Source: a virus (lineage: Duplodnaviria; Heunggongvirae; Uroviricota; Caudoviricetes). From it: a DNA stretch of 32,863 nucleotides. The notes under the pieces were generated by a model. It saw nothing but the letters and a program-made list of their open reading frames with translations. It ran no database searches and was not told the origin of the DNA. The DNA lies in IMG/VR virus record IMGVR_UViG_2700989508_000029; one strand, given 5' to 3'. Of the stretch, positions 24,936-32,863 are shown piece by piece (the first letter of the stretch is position 1; each line of letters starts with the position of its first letter). Position numbers and translations under genes: made by a program.

Positions 24936-25290
24936 CGTACCCCACGTGGTCTATAGCGTTTGCGATATGGCTAACCAGCATCTGCCACTTGGTTATTCCG
25001 TAATCAGTCAGCATGCCATCATTGTTTAGCCACATATCAAATTCAGCGGTTGTCGCAAGTTTCCACTTATCGCCGTGGACAGTCCTCATTGCTGGGTACA
25101 TGAATGCGCAAATCAGATCACAAACATCTGACGGCTTCAGAGATGTAGTAATGGTGCGTCCCTCTGGCGTCTGAATTGCCATTTTCTCTTCACCAGTAGA
25201 ATGAAGGTTATGAATCCACACAGCACCAGCAATCTTTGCCACCTGCTCTCCGATTGCGGAGCTAAGCGCCATTTCTGCATTTTCACGCAT
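24919..25290 (-). CDS. Hypothetical protein (123 aa), early operon
   Basis: It overlaps both neighbours (coupled translation). It shares a weak YP...DG.LTD.G..W motif with the ORF upstream. Confidence 0.55.
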   Translation of the reverse strand: MRENAEMALSSAIGEQVAKIAGAVWIHNLHSTGEEKMAIQTPEGRTITTSLKPSDVCDLICAFMYPAMRTVHGDKWKLATTAEFDMWLNNDGMLTDYGITKWQMLVSHIANAIDHVGYGDAKH

Positions 25291-25624
25291 GAGAACCTCC
25301 CGCTACAGTTGCGCCCATGTCATTAACCATGCTTTGCCATATCTCACGCCCGACGTCAGTCAATCCGTCCTTAGTGACGCAACGCTCAAGAAGCTCGATC
25401 CCCACGGTTTCCCACTGCGGGTAGAACACTTTCATGGCTGCCAGTGTGTAGCTATCGATCAGGCTGCGAACGCCTTTTACTCCATTGACGATTTCCACAC
25501 GTACGGCCTCGCCGTCCGCATCAACCATGAAATAGTCCCCGCCGCTGGTGGAGGTAATGTGGTTATACAGTGCCGACGCATACTTATTTGCCAGCGCATT
25601 CAGTCGGAAATTTTTAGTAATCAT
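25283..25624 (-). CDS. Hypothetical protein (113 aa), early operon
   Basis: Coupled ORF. No family recognised. Confidence 0.55.
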   Translation of the reverse strand: MITKNFRLNALANKYASALYNHITSTSGGDYFMVDADGEAVRVEIVNGVKGVRSLIDSYTLAAMKVFYPQWETVGIELLERCVTKDGLTDVGREIWQSMVNDMGATVAGGSHA

Positions 25625-25634
25625 GGCTCCATCC

Positions 25635-26237
25635 TCAGTGCGTCACTGGTTCCGCTGGCATGCCGTTTTCATTCAGTTCAGCTATAAAGCTGTTGTGAAG
25701 TTCAGCAAGCGTTTCACGACCAAATGGAGTCAGTGCTCCTTGTTCCACATCCATCATGGCTCTGTAGAAAATGATGGCGCGTTCTGTGCCAGACTCGATG
25801 CCAAAACGTTCTATCATCGCGCCCTCAATGTTGTTTGCCATAGCGAGGCGCTCTGCTACTGGATACAGCGGCATGGCGACGATGCCGTTGGAATAAACAG
25901 CCACTTCGGAAGGATTGCCAGTATCATCAATGATGCTGACAGTGCCGTTTTCCTCTCTCATTTCCAGCATGAATACTGTTGCGATCAGCCATCTCCACAT
26001 AATGACGTTATGCTGTGATGTGTAATCGAAATATCCCTGGTTGCCGCCATCGGCTATAGCGAGATGTATTGACATGCCTTCATCTGGTTTATCGTCATAA
26101 TCCCCGGCATCCAGACGATTTACGGCATCAATATATGAGACGGTCTCAACGCGTTCTGTCATGCCATCGTTGCTGCGGTGCATGATGTTTACGCCGTCAG
26201 GCGTTGCTTCTGCATGGAAAGTTAAGAAATTATTCAT
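25635..26237 (-). CDS. Hypothetical protein (200 aa from MNNFLTF)
   Basis: The ATG at 26237 overlaps the upstream stop (ATGAATAA). The track ORF extends to 26342 in overlap with the upstream gene. Confidence 0.5.
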   Translation of the reverse strand: MNNFLTFHAEATPDGVNIMHRSNDGMTERVETVSYIDAVNRLDAGDYDDKPDEGMSIHLAIADGGNQGYFDYTSQHNVIMWRWLIATVFMLEMREENGTVSIIDDTGNPSEVAVYSNGIVAMPLYPVAERLAMANNIEGAMIERFGIESGTERAIIFYRAMMDVEQGALTPFGRETLAELHNSFIAELNENGMPAEPVTH

Positions 26238-26451
26238 GTTTCGCCTCGCCTGAATGATTCTGTAACTCATATTTGCCCAACAATTCGTCTGCTTCCTGAA
26301 TAGCTTCTGGTACGCCATTGAGCAGTGACATAACCGCGCCAATCATTAACTTGTCTCTGTTGCTGGGGCTGGCCCCTTCAAGCCAGAACCCTAAAACAGT
26401 CTGAACCTGTTCGATGCGACATTGCGCTTCAATGAGCTGGATGTTGGTCAT
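26230..26451 (-). CDS. Hypothetical protein (73 aa)
   Basis: 4-nt overlap with the upstream ORF. Confidence 0.5.
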   Translation of the reverse strand: MTNIQLIEAQCRIEQVQTVLGFWLEGASPSNRDKLMIGAVMSLLNGVPEAIQEADELLGKYELQNHSGEAKHE

Positions 26452-26711
26452 TTCGCACTCTCCGCATCGATTAAACTGATATCTATCAGAGAGGTAACTT
26501 TTTGTAGCCAGCTAGTGATTACTGTCGCCCGTTCCCCTCCCACCGATGGAAGAATCTCATTCATCACATGAACCAGACCTGTGCGCGCTCTGGTAAGCCG
26601 TTCAGTCGTGCGATCTGCAAGAGTGAATGTGTCTGGATATGGCTCTTCACGGCTCAGCAATGATTCAATTCCCAGCTCACACGGATGACGATAAATTAAG
26701 TTGATATTCAT
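26448..26711 (-). CDS. Hypothetical protein (87 aa)
   Basis: 4-nt overlap with the upstream ORF. Confidence 0.5.
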   Translation of the reverse strand: MNINLIYRHPCELGIESLLSREEPYPDTFTLADRTTERLTRARTGLVHVMNEILPSVGGERATVITSWLQKVTSLIDISLIDAESAK

Positions 26712-26902
26712 TTTTCACCCCCAAGAATTACCAGCTCTGCACGGGCATCGTTAACCAAAGATGAGCACGCTTTAATCGCATCCACGACATCAGTAGCGTC
26801 CATTTCTTCAGCCGAAAGACTGACAGCAACCAGGACAGCCGCTGCTTGCTCGATTAATTGAAGTGCGGACGTAAGGCGAGGGGTATTAATTGAGTTATTC
26901 AT
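26708..26902 (-). CDS. Hypothetical protein (64 aa)
   Basis: 8-nt overlap with the upstream ORF. Confidence 0.5.
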   Translation of the reverse strand: MNNSINTPRLTSALQLIEQAAAVLVAVSLSAEEMDATDVVDAIKACSSLVNDARAELVILGGEK

Positions 26903-27113
26903 TGGTTTCCCCCGTTTTTACTGGCATTTCGCCACCTTCCAGCAGGAAATGAACGTCACGAACGGCGAGATCCAATATCGCGAGTAACGCCTTCAGTCTT
27001 TCGTCTCGTGAGGGAGAGTTGCTCACCAGAATGTCGTTAATCACTTCTGTCAGTGTGATGATCTGGCTTGTGCGTTCGAGGGGATCCATATGCACATCGT
27101 AGGTTTTAATCAT
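26895..27113 (-). CDS. Hypothetical protein (72 aa from MIKTYDV); C-terminal part of the 355-aa track ORF
   Basis: The internal ATG at 27113 overlaps the stop of the Icd-like ORF by 8 nt, the same coupling pattern seen in the rest of the operon. Confidence 0.4.
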   Translation of the reverse strand: MIKTYDVHMDPLERTSQIITLTEVINDILVSNSPSRDERLKALLAILDLAVRDVHFLLEGGEMPVKTGETNE

Positions 27114-27300
27114 GTGCCACCTCCATGCGGATACGACCAGCAAAAAAGCAGACGTGATCGCGCACCAGAGAACGGCGAGCATCGCGTTCAGACTCGGCAG
27201 CAATATGATGAATTTTGGCGGTAATTGTCGGGCAATCGCGGCGAACTGCGGCGATAATCCAGATAAATTGCGGTTTTTGGGTAGGGGTAGTAGCCAGCAT
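27106..27300 (-). CDS. Host cell division inhibitor Icd-like protein (64 aa from MLATTP)
   Basis: MLATTPTQKPQFIWIIAAVRR...AESERDARRSLVRDHVCFFAGRI matches the Icd-like pattern I recall from P1/P4-type immunity regions. It is embedded in another frame of the 355-aa ORF. Confidence 0.5.
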   Translation of the reverse strand: MLATTPTQKPQFIWIIAAVRRDCPTITAKIHHIAAESERDARRSLVRDHVCFFAGRIRMEVAHD

Positions 27301-27319
27301 GTGGCAGCCTCCATTCGAT

Positions 27320-27440
27320 AGCATGTAACGCTACCACCGGAAACGCCAATTTCGCTGGTGGTAGCCCAGACAGGGTTGGCGTAACCGGCTCGAATGGATA
27401 CCGGCGCTTCCGAAGAAGCCCCTGCCTGAGCCACCATTGA
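27320..27440 (-). ncRNA. Candidate C4/CI-type antisense immunity RNA upstream of the Icd-like ORF
   Basis: Minus-strand hairpins: GGCTTC-TTCG-GAAG(C)GCC, CCGG-N12-CCGG, and a 9-bp stem GCTACCACC-N18-GGTGGTAGC. In P1 and P4 the c4/CI RNA lies just upstream of icd-like sequences. Confidence 0.3.
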
Positions 27441-27962
27441 TTGACAAAGGCGCTGGATTATACACCAACGCCCAAAAAATGGGTGAGTCAGACCTACGAC
27501 ATAAAAAAAGACGCTCGGCGCGTCATATGTCGCCATTCGATTTACCAGGACGCCAATCCCGGCACCCGTTTTATGAGGTGCCTTATAACCATAAACCGTG
27601 TTGCCGCATAACGGCAAGCTCTTTTTTATGGACTCCGAAAACTCGCTATTGGAAGCACCAGATGCACAGTACATCGCGCTCATTTCGTTAACGTCACGCA
27701 CGTGGACGAATGTTTTTGTGGAGTCACTACACGAGCGGAAGACATCATCTACGACCAGAAATTTTCTGGCGCAGCCGCTGACCTTCTCAATGCTAATATC
27801 ATCGCCCGAGATTTCTGACATAGTTAAGGCATCCGCTCCTACCACCAGCAAATGATAAACTTTGCTTGTATCTGCTGTATTAATGCCTGACTTTGCTGTC
27901 ATATTGCTGGATTTTGGCGACATACCAGCCAGTGAAAATGTCTTCTTCTGGGCGGTTAGCAT
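27326..27962 (-). CDS. N-terminal/central part of the 355-aa read-through ORF (ash-family-like sequence); coding status uncertain
   Basis: The ATG at 27962 is coupled to the upstream stop (ATGCTAA). The stretch KTGAGIGV...[30 protein letters not shown] resembles ORFs annotated as ash family. There is no in-frame stop until 26895, so the 3' end given here is nominal. Confidence 0.35.
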
Positions 27963-28138
27963 TTGTTAACCTCCGCGAACTCCTTCATGAAACGTGCCAG
28001 CGGTTGTACGCATGGCGATTGATACCCGTCGCGATAAAACGTCACTCGGTTGTGAGACACGCTTTCGACAGTAACGAGTGCTCCGTGGGCATCTTTGTAG
28101 CGTTTTTGAGGTTGTGGTGTTCCTGTCGGCTTAAACAT
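27956..28138 (-). CDS. DUF4222-like small protein (60 aa from MFKPTG)
   Basis: KDAHGALVTVESVSHNRVTFYRDGYQSPCVQPLARFMKEF fits the DUF4222 pattern I recall. The ATG at 28138 overlaps the antirepressor stop by 8 nt. Confidence 0.5.
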   Translation of the reverse strand: MFKPTGTPQPQKRYKDAHGALVTVESVSHNRVTFYRDGYQSPCVQPLARFMKEFAEVNKC

Positions 28139-28964
28139 GGACCGCCTCCAGACGCTTAGCGAGCCAGCGTTGCGACAGGCGGGTGAGTTCTCCTTTGCGC
28201 TGCTCATATTCCATGCCCATATCAATTAACGTGATATTGGTGCTTTCGAGATATGAGAGGTGCTCAAGCTGTTCTGCGTTCATATGGTCGCGAGGTTCGC
28301 CAGAATAGCCATTTATCCGCGCCCACTGCTTAGCAGTTAGCCCACCAAGAACGATACGAGAAATCATATTGCTCTCGTTTGTGTAGTGGTGTTGCTGCGT
28401 CGTTTTCCCCATCTCGGCACGGGCCATATTCAGCGCATCGCACATTGGCTTAAAGTTGTTTGCGGCACTGATACGGGCTTTTAGCTGGCGACGATAGCGG
28501 GCGGCGATTTCAGGCACGCTACGCTGTAATTCTTCCTCGCACTGGATGAAATAACGGCGGATAGCGCGCCCCTGATCATTGCGTTCGATCATTGCCAGTT
28601 CTTTCGCCATTCCGACACTTAACAGATAGTCTTTGCCGGGTCTTCCAGACTGCTTAATCTTGCTGTAAGCCGCGCCATTCGGGCTTTTCCCCAAATTTGG
28701 GGAAATTGTTTTATGGACTGAGTAATCGTGCCCAATGGTGAAGTCATATTCAGAGATGCGATCAGTGATCCATGTAGAGAAGTCTTTTCCCACGCCCAAC
28801 GCTTTGTGTAACGCTTTTGCGCTAACAATATTGGTTTCACGCCCACCGATATGACCAGGAATAACCGGGACAATTGCGGCAAATTCATTACCGTTAATTG
28901 TGCCCAGAGAGGCGTTCAGATGAGGGGCGGCCTCAGAAATTAATCTGCTTTTTTCGATGTTCAT
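28131..28964 (-). CDS. Phage antirepressor (AntA/AntB-type domain), 277 aa
   Basis: VSAKALHKALGVGKDFSTWITDRI...DYLLSVGMAKELAMIERNDQGRAIRRYFIQCEEEL is typical of AntA/AntB antirepressor domains. Confidence 0.7.
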   Translation of the reverse strand: MNIEKSRLISEAAPHLNASLGTINGNEFAAIVPVIPGHIGGRETNIVSAKALHKALGVGKDFSTWITDRISEYDFTIGHDYSVHKTISPNLGKSPNGAAYSKIKQSGRPGKDYLLSVGMAKELAMIERNDQGRAIRRYFIQCEEELQRSVPEIAARYRRQLKARISAANNFKPMCDALNMARAEMGKTTQQHHYTNESNMISRIVLGGLTAKQWARINGYSGEPRDHMNAEQLEHLSYLESTNITLIDMGMEYEQRKGELTRLSQRWLAKRLEAVHV

Positions 28965-28976
28965 TTTCAGTCTCCG

Positions 28977-29408
28977 TTAGGCGGCGTTAAACGCGTCCGG
29001 GTAGAGTTTCAGAATGTCGGCAATTTCCTGCTGAGAAAGTCCGTTGTGATCATTTATGTTCGCAAGATGGTTAATATGAGTGATCACTTTCAGAACATCA
29101 CCACGGCAGGAGAAACGGTAGCGAAGGTGTGTTCCGATACCATCAGGATTCTTTTCGTCGATACGCTCCAGAGTGATTCCAAGCTGGCGTTCTAACTCTG
29201 TTGCATAGTTACGACCAGAAGACAGACGGCAGTAGCGAAGAATGTCATTTTCTGTCCATCCCTCTATACCAGTACGCAGCATATAGACTCTGGCACGATG
29301 CTTTTTCGGTGTGCGCTTTGGTGCTTGAAGGGATTTTGTAAGGGGCGTAACATCAGATACACGAATATCTGAATTAGCCGCCTGTAATGGGCGGTTTTTC
29401 TTTTCCAT
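28977..29408 (-). CDS. Hypothetical protein (143 aa)
   Basis: The ATG shares one nucleotide with the alpA stop (TGATG). No family recognised. Confidence 0.5.
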   Translation of the reverse strand: MEKKNRPLQAANSDIRVSDVTPLTKSLQAPKRTPKKHRARVYMLRTGIEGWTENDILRYCRLSSGRNYATELERQLGITLERIDEKNPDGIGTHLRYRFSCRGDVLKVITHINHLANINDHNGLSQQEIADILKLYPDAFNAA

Positions 29409-29611
29409 CAAGCCACCTCGTCTCTAGATTCTAATATACACTTCTCAATCCATTCATCTATTTCAGACTCAACAAAAGCAATTGCCCGACTTCCAATTTT
29501 TACCTGTTTAGGGAACCTCCCCTGACTAATAAGACGATAAATCCATGCTTTGCTATAACCAGTTCGCCTTTGAACTTCAGAGAGACGAATTAATGAATTG
29601 TAATTAGCCAT
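29408..29611 (-). CDS. alpA: AlpA/Vis-family excisionase-type transcriptional regulator (67 aa)
   Basis: LIRLSEVQRRTGYSKAWIYRLISQGRFPKQVKIGSRAIAFVESEIDEWI is a canonical AlpA-family HTH. It lies next to a P4-type integrase. Confidence 0.85.
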   Translation of the reverse strand: MANYNSLIRLSEVQRRTGYSKAWIYRLISQGRFPKQVKIGSRAIAFVESEIDEWIEKCILESRDEVA

Positions 29612-29833
29612 TTATTAATATCCTGTACTAATGACGCAATAACTCCCTCCTGCAACGAATGGCGAGAGTTTTATTTGCGTCAAATGTCGAATACGCCAAA
29701 GACCACAATATGAAAAACATATTGCGGTCTTTTATAAAAGATAGTCAGATTGTTTTGGTTTGTTTGCTCCACAAGGGTAGAGCTACCCTGCATTTCGGCA
29801 GGATCACGCTATTAGGCGTGACATCCAGTAGTT

Positions 29834-29896
29834 TTAAAGAACAATTGCGCTTTGTCAGCGCCAAAGCCTGTTAAAGAACATTCCGCTTTGTCAGCG
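29834..29896. repeat. Two direct repeats TTAAAGAACAwTkCGCTTTGTCAGCG between alpA and int
   Basis: Copies at 29834-29860 and 29871-29896 (37-bp period) in the int-alpA intergenic region. Confidence 0.5.
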
Positions 29897-30039
29897 ACGT
29901 AGAAGGCTCAATACACCTTCGTTTATAAAAGAGCGATTGCCCTTCTCCAGGGCTAACTGTTAAATAGCAATCCTCTGTGAGTTTTTATCAATCTACTCCC
30001 CTATACTTTAGTAAACCTCTGTATACTTGTCCAGTTGTT

Positions 30040-31254
30040 TCATGCGTGTTTTTCAAACACCATATGCACCACATTTCCGCCATGCTCGAGAGAATCCATA
30101 TAGTCGGCATACCATTGAAGCATCTCCCGCCTTCCATCCAGATATTGCGCATGGTTGTATGTGCCACGAATTGAGTTCTTATCAACGTGAGCGAGCTGCG
30201 TTTCTATCCACGCGGTGTTATAGCCCTGCTCATGCAAAATCGTACTCATAGTGTGCCGGAACCCATGACCAGTTACACGTCCAGCGTAGCCAATGCGCTT
30301 AAACACTTGGTTTATGCTGGCCTCGCTCATTGTTTTCCTTGGATCATTGCGCCCGGGAAACATAAGAGGGTAATTGCCTGTTATTTCTCTAATCTTCCCA
30401 ATAAGCGAAAGAGCCTGCTCAGACAATGGCACAATATGAGTCCGCCGCATTTTCATACGTGAAGCGGGTATCTCCCAGATAGCCTTGTTGAAATCAATTT
30501 CATCCCATAATGCGCCACGTAGTTCGCCAGTCCGCAAGCCGGTGATAATCAGTAGACGAGCCGCCATAACAACCAATGCGCTTCCTGAGTAACTGGACAA
30601 TGCCTTGAAAAAATCAGGTAATTCTTTGGCTGTAAGGAAAGGGTAATGATTAGATTCATGGCCTTGCATCGCGCTAGTAAGGTCTGGTGCAGGGTTATAC
30701 TCTGCGCGACCAGTGACTATTGCATAGCGGAAAACTTCCCCGCACCGTTGCCTCACTTTTTTGGCTTTTTCTGTAGCACCGCGCCCCTCGATGCGACGCA
30801 GCACATTCAGAAGTTCAAGTGGTTTGATTTCGGCGATGGGTTTTTTGCCAATGTAAGGGAACACATCTTTGTTGAAGGCTTCGAGGATGTCTGAAGCATA
30901 ACCAGCAGACCATTTTTTTAATTTGCTGCTGTGCCACTCAAGGGCAATATCTTTGAAGGTGTTGTTTAACTGCGTTTCCCGGGCAATCTTTTCCTCTCGT
31001 TTCGCTTCCATCGGATCGATACCACCAGCGATACCTCTTTTCGCATCTTCACGTTTTGCCCGAGCATCGGCTAGAGTAACCTCAGGATAAACACCTAGTG
31101 CCAATAGCTTCTCTTTACCAGCTACACGATATTTAAGTCGCCAGTATTTACCTCCATTAGGTTTTACCAAGAGATACAAACCGCCACCATCGGCCAGCTT
31201 GTAAGCCTTCTCTTTTGGCTTGGCTGTGTCTATTTGACGGGCATTGAGTTTCAC
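30040..31254 (-). CDS. P4-family tyrosine integrase (404 aa, GTG start)
   Basis: The N-terminus KLNARQIDTAKPKEKAYKLADGGGLYLLVKPNGGKYWRLKYR is the DUF4102/P4-int signature. C-terminal motifs are GLRTGELRG, HGFRH and IRGTYNH. It lies immediately downstream of thrW in the same direction. Confidence 0.92.
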   Translation of the reverse strand: MKLNARQIDTAKPKEKAYKLADGGGLYLLVKPNGGKYWRLKYRVAGKEKLLALGVYPEVTLADARAKREDAKRGIAGGIDPMEAKREEKIARETQLNNTFKDIALEWHSSKLKKWSAGYASDILEAFNKDVFPYIGKKPIAEIKPLELLNVLRRIEGRGATEKAKKVRQRCGEVFRYAIVTGRAEYNPAPDLTSAMQGHESNHYPFLTAKELPDFFKALSSYSGSALVVMAARLLIITGLRTGELRGALWDEIDFNKAIWEIPASRMKMRRTHIVPLSEQALSLIGKIREITGNYPLMFPGRNDPRKTMSEASINQVFKRIGYAGRVTGHGFRHTMSTILHEQGYNTAWIETQLAHVDKNSIRGTYNHAQYLDGRREMLQWYADYMDSLEHGGNVVHMVFEKHA

Positions 31255-31286
31255 TTGGGGGTACCTCCACTAAACCGAACAGCAAA

Positions 31287-31402
31287 TACCCCCATAAGTA
31301 CCCCCATCTGACCGTAGATTTTGAGGGACTTTAGTAGACGTCAAAAGACGAACGGGGCTTTAATACGCGGATTATAAGGGGTTTTGAAAGACTTTAGTAG
31401 AC
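31287..31402. promoter_or_regulatory. attL arm region: TACCCCCATAAGTACCCCCA plus two TTTTGArrGACTTTAGTAGAC direct repeats
   Basis: The TACCCCCA pair is at 31287-31306. GACTTTAGTAGAC occurs at 31327-31339 and 31390-31402. All lie between the int start and the tRNA. Confidence 0.45.
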
Positions 31403-31419
31403 TTGGGGAGATGTTTGAA

Positions 31420-31495
31420 TGGTGCCGATAATAGGAGTCGAACCTACGACCTTCGCATTACGAATGCGCTGCTCTACCAACTGAGCTATATCGGC
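31420..31495 (-). tRNA. thrW: tRNA-Thr (anticodon CGU)
   Basis: The reverse complement reads GCCGATATAGCTCAGTTGGTAGAGCAGCGCATTCGTAATGCGAAGGTCGTAGGTTCGACTCCTATTATCGGCACCA. It has a cloverleaf, a TTCGTAA anticodon loop, GGTTCGA in the T-loop and an encoded CCA. It is adjacent to proA, as in E. coli. Confidence 0.95.
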
Positions 31496-31609
31496 CCTGA
31501 AAGGACATGTTCACGAACGTGAATCACGGTGGACAAGGTTAAAACTAACCGGGCGATGCGTCAATGGCCTTGTGAATCAAATGGCTACTTTTGCATCACC
31601 CGGTTTTAT

Positions 31610-32863
31610 TTACGCACGAATGGTGTAATCACCAATGCCGATCCACTTGTAAGTGGTCAGTGCTTCCAGCCCCATTGGGCCACGCGCGTGGAGTTTTTGT
31701 GTGCTTACCGCCACTTCCGCACCCAGACCAAACTGGCCGCCGTCGGTAAAACGCGTAGAGGCGTTAACGTAAACAGCGGACGAATCCACTTCGTTAACAA
31801 AACGCTGGGCGTTGCGCATATCGCGGGTCAGGATCGCATCGGAGTGTTGTGTGCCGTGTTCACGAATATGGGCGATGGCATCGTCAAGATCGCTGACGAT
31901 TTTGACGTTCAAATCTAATGACAGAAACTCATCGTCATACTCTTCGGCTTTAACAGCAACCACCTTCGCAGGGCCTGCCTGCAACTGCGCCAGTGCAGCT
32001 GCATCTGCGTGTAATGTCACGCCGCTTTCCGCCATTTGTTTGCTTAATGCGGGCAGGAAGCTATCGGCGATGTTTTTATTCACCAGCAACGTTTCAACCG
32101 TATTACATGTGCTCGGACGCTGAGTTTTCGCGTTGACGATCACTTTTAATGCTTCAGCGATCTCTACACTTTCATCAACGTAAATATGGCATACGCCTAT
32201 ACCACCTGTGATCACCGGGATTGTCGACTGTTCACGGCACAGTTTATGCAAACCAGCGCCACCACGCGGGATCAGCATGTCGATGTATTTATCCATACGC
32301 AGCATTTCACTGACCAGCGCACGGTCAGGATTATCAATCGCCTGCACGGCACCCGCCGGTAAGCCGCAGGATTTCAGGGCGTCCTGAATCACCGCCACCG
32401 TTGCAGCGTTAGTGCGACACGTTTCTTTGCCACCGCGCAGGATCACCGCATTACCGGTTTTCAGGCACAGCGAAGCGACATCAACCGTCACGTTCGGGCG
32501 CGCTTCATAAATCACGCCAATAACCCCCAGCGGTACGCGACGACGCTCAAGACGCAGGCCGCTGTCCAGTACGCTGCCATCGATTACCTGCCCCACCGGA
32601 TCGGCGAGGTTACACACCTGGCGCACATCATCGGCAATGCCTTTCAGCCGTGCGGGCGTCAGTGCCAGACGGTCAAGCATCGCTTCGCCAAGGCCATTGG
32701 CACGCGCGTCAGCAACATCCTGGGCGTTAGCGTTGAGGATGATTTCGCTTTGTGCTTCCAGTTCATCGGCGATTTTTTCCAGCACGCGATTTTTTTCGCG
32801 GCTGGAGAGTTGCGCTAATTTATACGAGGCTTGCTTCGCGGCAATGCCCATTTGTTCCAGCAT
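31610..32863 (-). CDS. proA: Gamma-glutamyl phosphate reductase
   Basis: The full-length 417-aa product ([25 protein letters not shown]...GDYTIRA) is recognisably E. coli ProA. The start codon is the last 3 nt of the window. Confidence 0.97.
   Translation of the reverse strand: MLEQMGIAAKQASYKLAQLSSREKNRVLEKIADELEAQSEIILNANAQDVADARANGLGEAMLDRLALTPARLKGIADDVRQVCNLADPVGQVIDGSVLDSGLRLERRRVPLGVIGVIYEARPNVTVDVASLCLKTGNAVILRGGKETCRTNAATVAVIQDALKSCGLPAGAVQAIDNPDRALVSEMLRMDKYIDMLIPRGGAGLHKLCREQSTIPVITGGIGVCHIYVDESVEIAEALKVIVNAKTQRPSTCNTVETLLVNKNIADSFLPALSKQMAESGVTLHADAAALAQLQAGPAKVVAVKAEEYDDEFLSLDLNVKIVSDLDDAIAHIREHGTQHSDAILTRDMRNAQRFVNEVDSSAVYVNASTRFTDGGQFGLGAEVAVSTQKLHARGPMGLEALTTYKWIGIGDYTIRA

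Larger units (their letters stand above)
12899..31438. mobile_element. P4-like integrative satellite/island (~18.5 kb) inserted in thrW
   Basis: A P4-type integrase lies next to thrW in the same direction, with AlpA, an alpha-type primase-helicase and iteron modules. The same TACCCCCA-N4-TACCCCCA module is present at both ends (31287-31306 and 12979-12998). Confidence 0.75.

Noticed and set aside
25289-26018. Plus-strand ORFs 25289-25687 and 25548-26018
   Set aside because: They are antisense to the tightly coupled minus-strand early operon and have no translation signals.
27112-28159. Plus-strand ORFs 27112-27321, 27437-27691, 27598-27855 and 27893-28159
   Set aside because: They are antisense to the immunity and early region, and some overlap the proposed structured RNA. 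None has an SD.
29659-30462. ORFs 29659-29874 (+), 29977-30174 (+), 29988-30185 (-), 30027-30251 (+) and 30187-30462 (+)
   Set aside because: The first lies in the int-alpA intergenic repeat region without an SD. The others overlap the 3' part of the integrase gene in other frames.
12899-31438. P4 helper-exploitation genes (sid, delta, psu) and a retron, CRISPR or toxin system in the P4-like element
   Set aside because: I looked for these and saw no ORF with the expected size, order or features, no reverse-transcriptase motifs (YxDD) and no cas-like genes. Their absence is noted rather than asserted, because divergent homologs cannot be excluded by eye.
31529-32123. Plus-strand ORFs 31529-31918 and 31812-32123
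   Set aside because: They are antisense to proA.

Overview
This is an Enterobacterial (E. coli-type) chromosome at the proA-thrW locus. proA (31610-32863, -) and tRNA-Thr(CGU) thrW (31420-31495, -) sit at the right edge, and a YagP-like LysR remnant (1-411, +) sits at the left edge. About 30.9 kb of accessory DNA lies between them, bounded by an exact 21-bp direct repeat of the thrW 3' end (536-556 and 31418-31438). A degenerate third copy at 12899-12916 splits the island into two unrelated elements stacked in tandem. (1) The tRNA-proximal element (about 12.9-31.4 kb) is P4-like. It carries a P4-type integrase, AlpA, an antirepressor, an Icd-like ORF with a likely C4/CI-like RNA, a run of small translationally coupled ORFs, and a 919-aa Zn-ribbon/Toprim/P-loop primase-helicase. 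Two inverted copies of a roughly 120-bp TGAACCAAC iteron module (ori/crr-like) bracket an 8.4-kb cargo. The cargo holds an Abi_2 abortive-infection gene, an RHH regulator, a 4-TM membrane protein, a frameshifted small gene, and a P22-like gp14/gp7/gp20/gp16 ejection-protein operon. That operon sits behind an RHH gene and a CTGT-N8-ACAG (LexA-type) box. (2) The distal element (about 0.56-12.9 kb) is markedly AT-rich. It has its own tyrosine integrase and a small early operon that includes an HTH initiator-like protein ending in an SSB-tip motif (DFDIPF). Its virion gene set is minimal: a lambda D-like decoration protein, an E-like major capsid protein, a tape-measure-like protein and a Dit-like tail protein. 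I saw no portal, terminase, protease or tail tube. It also contains about 3.7 kb of essentially non-coding DNA packed with at least seven repeat/iteron families and two GC-rich hairpin clusters that look like structured RNAs. All functional calls rest on motif and family recognition by eye, on synteny, and on start-codon/SD/overlap context. No database search was possible.
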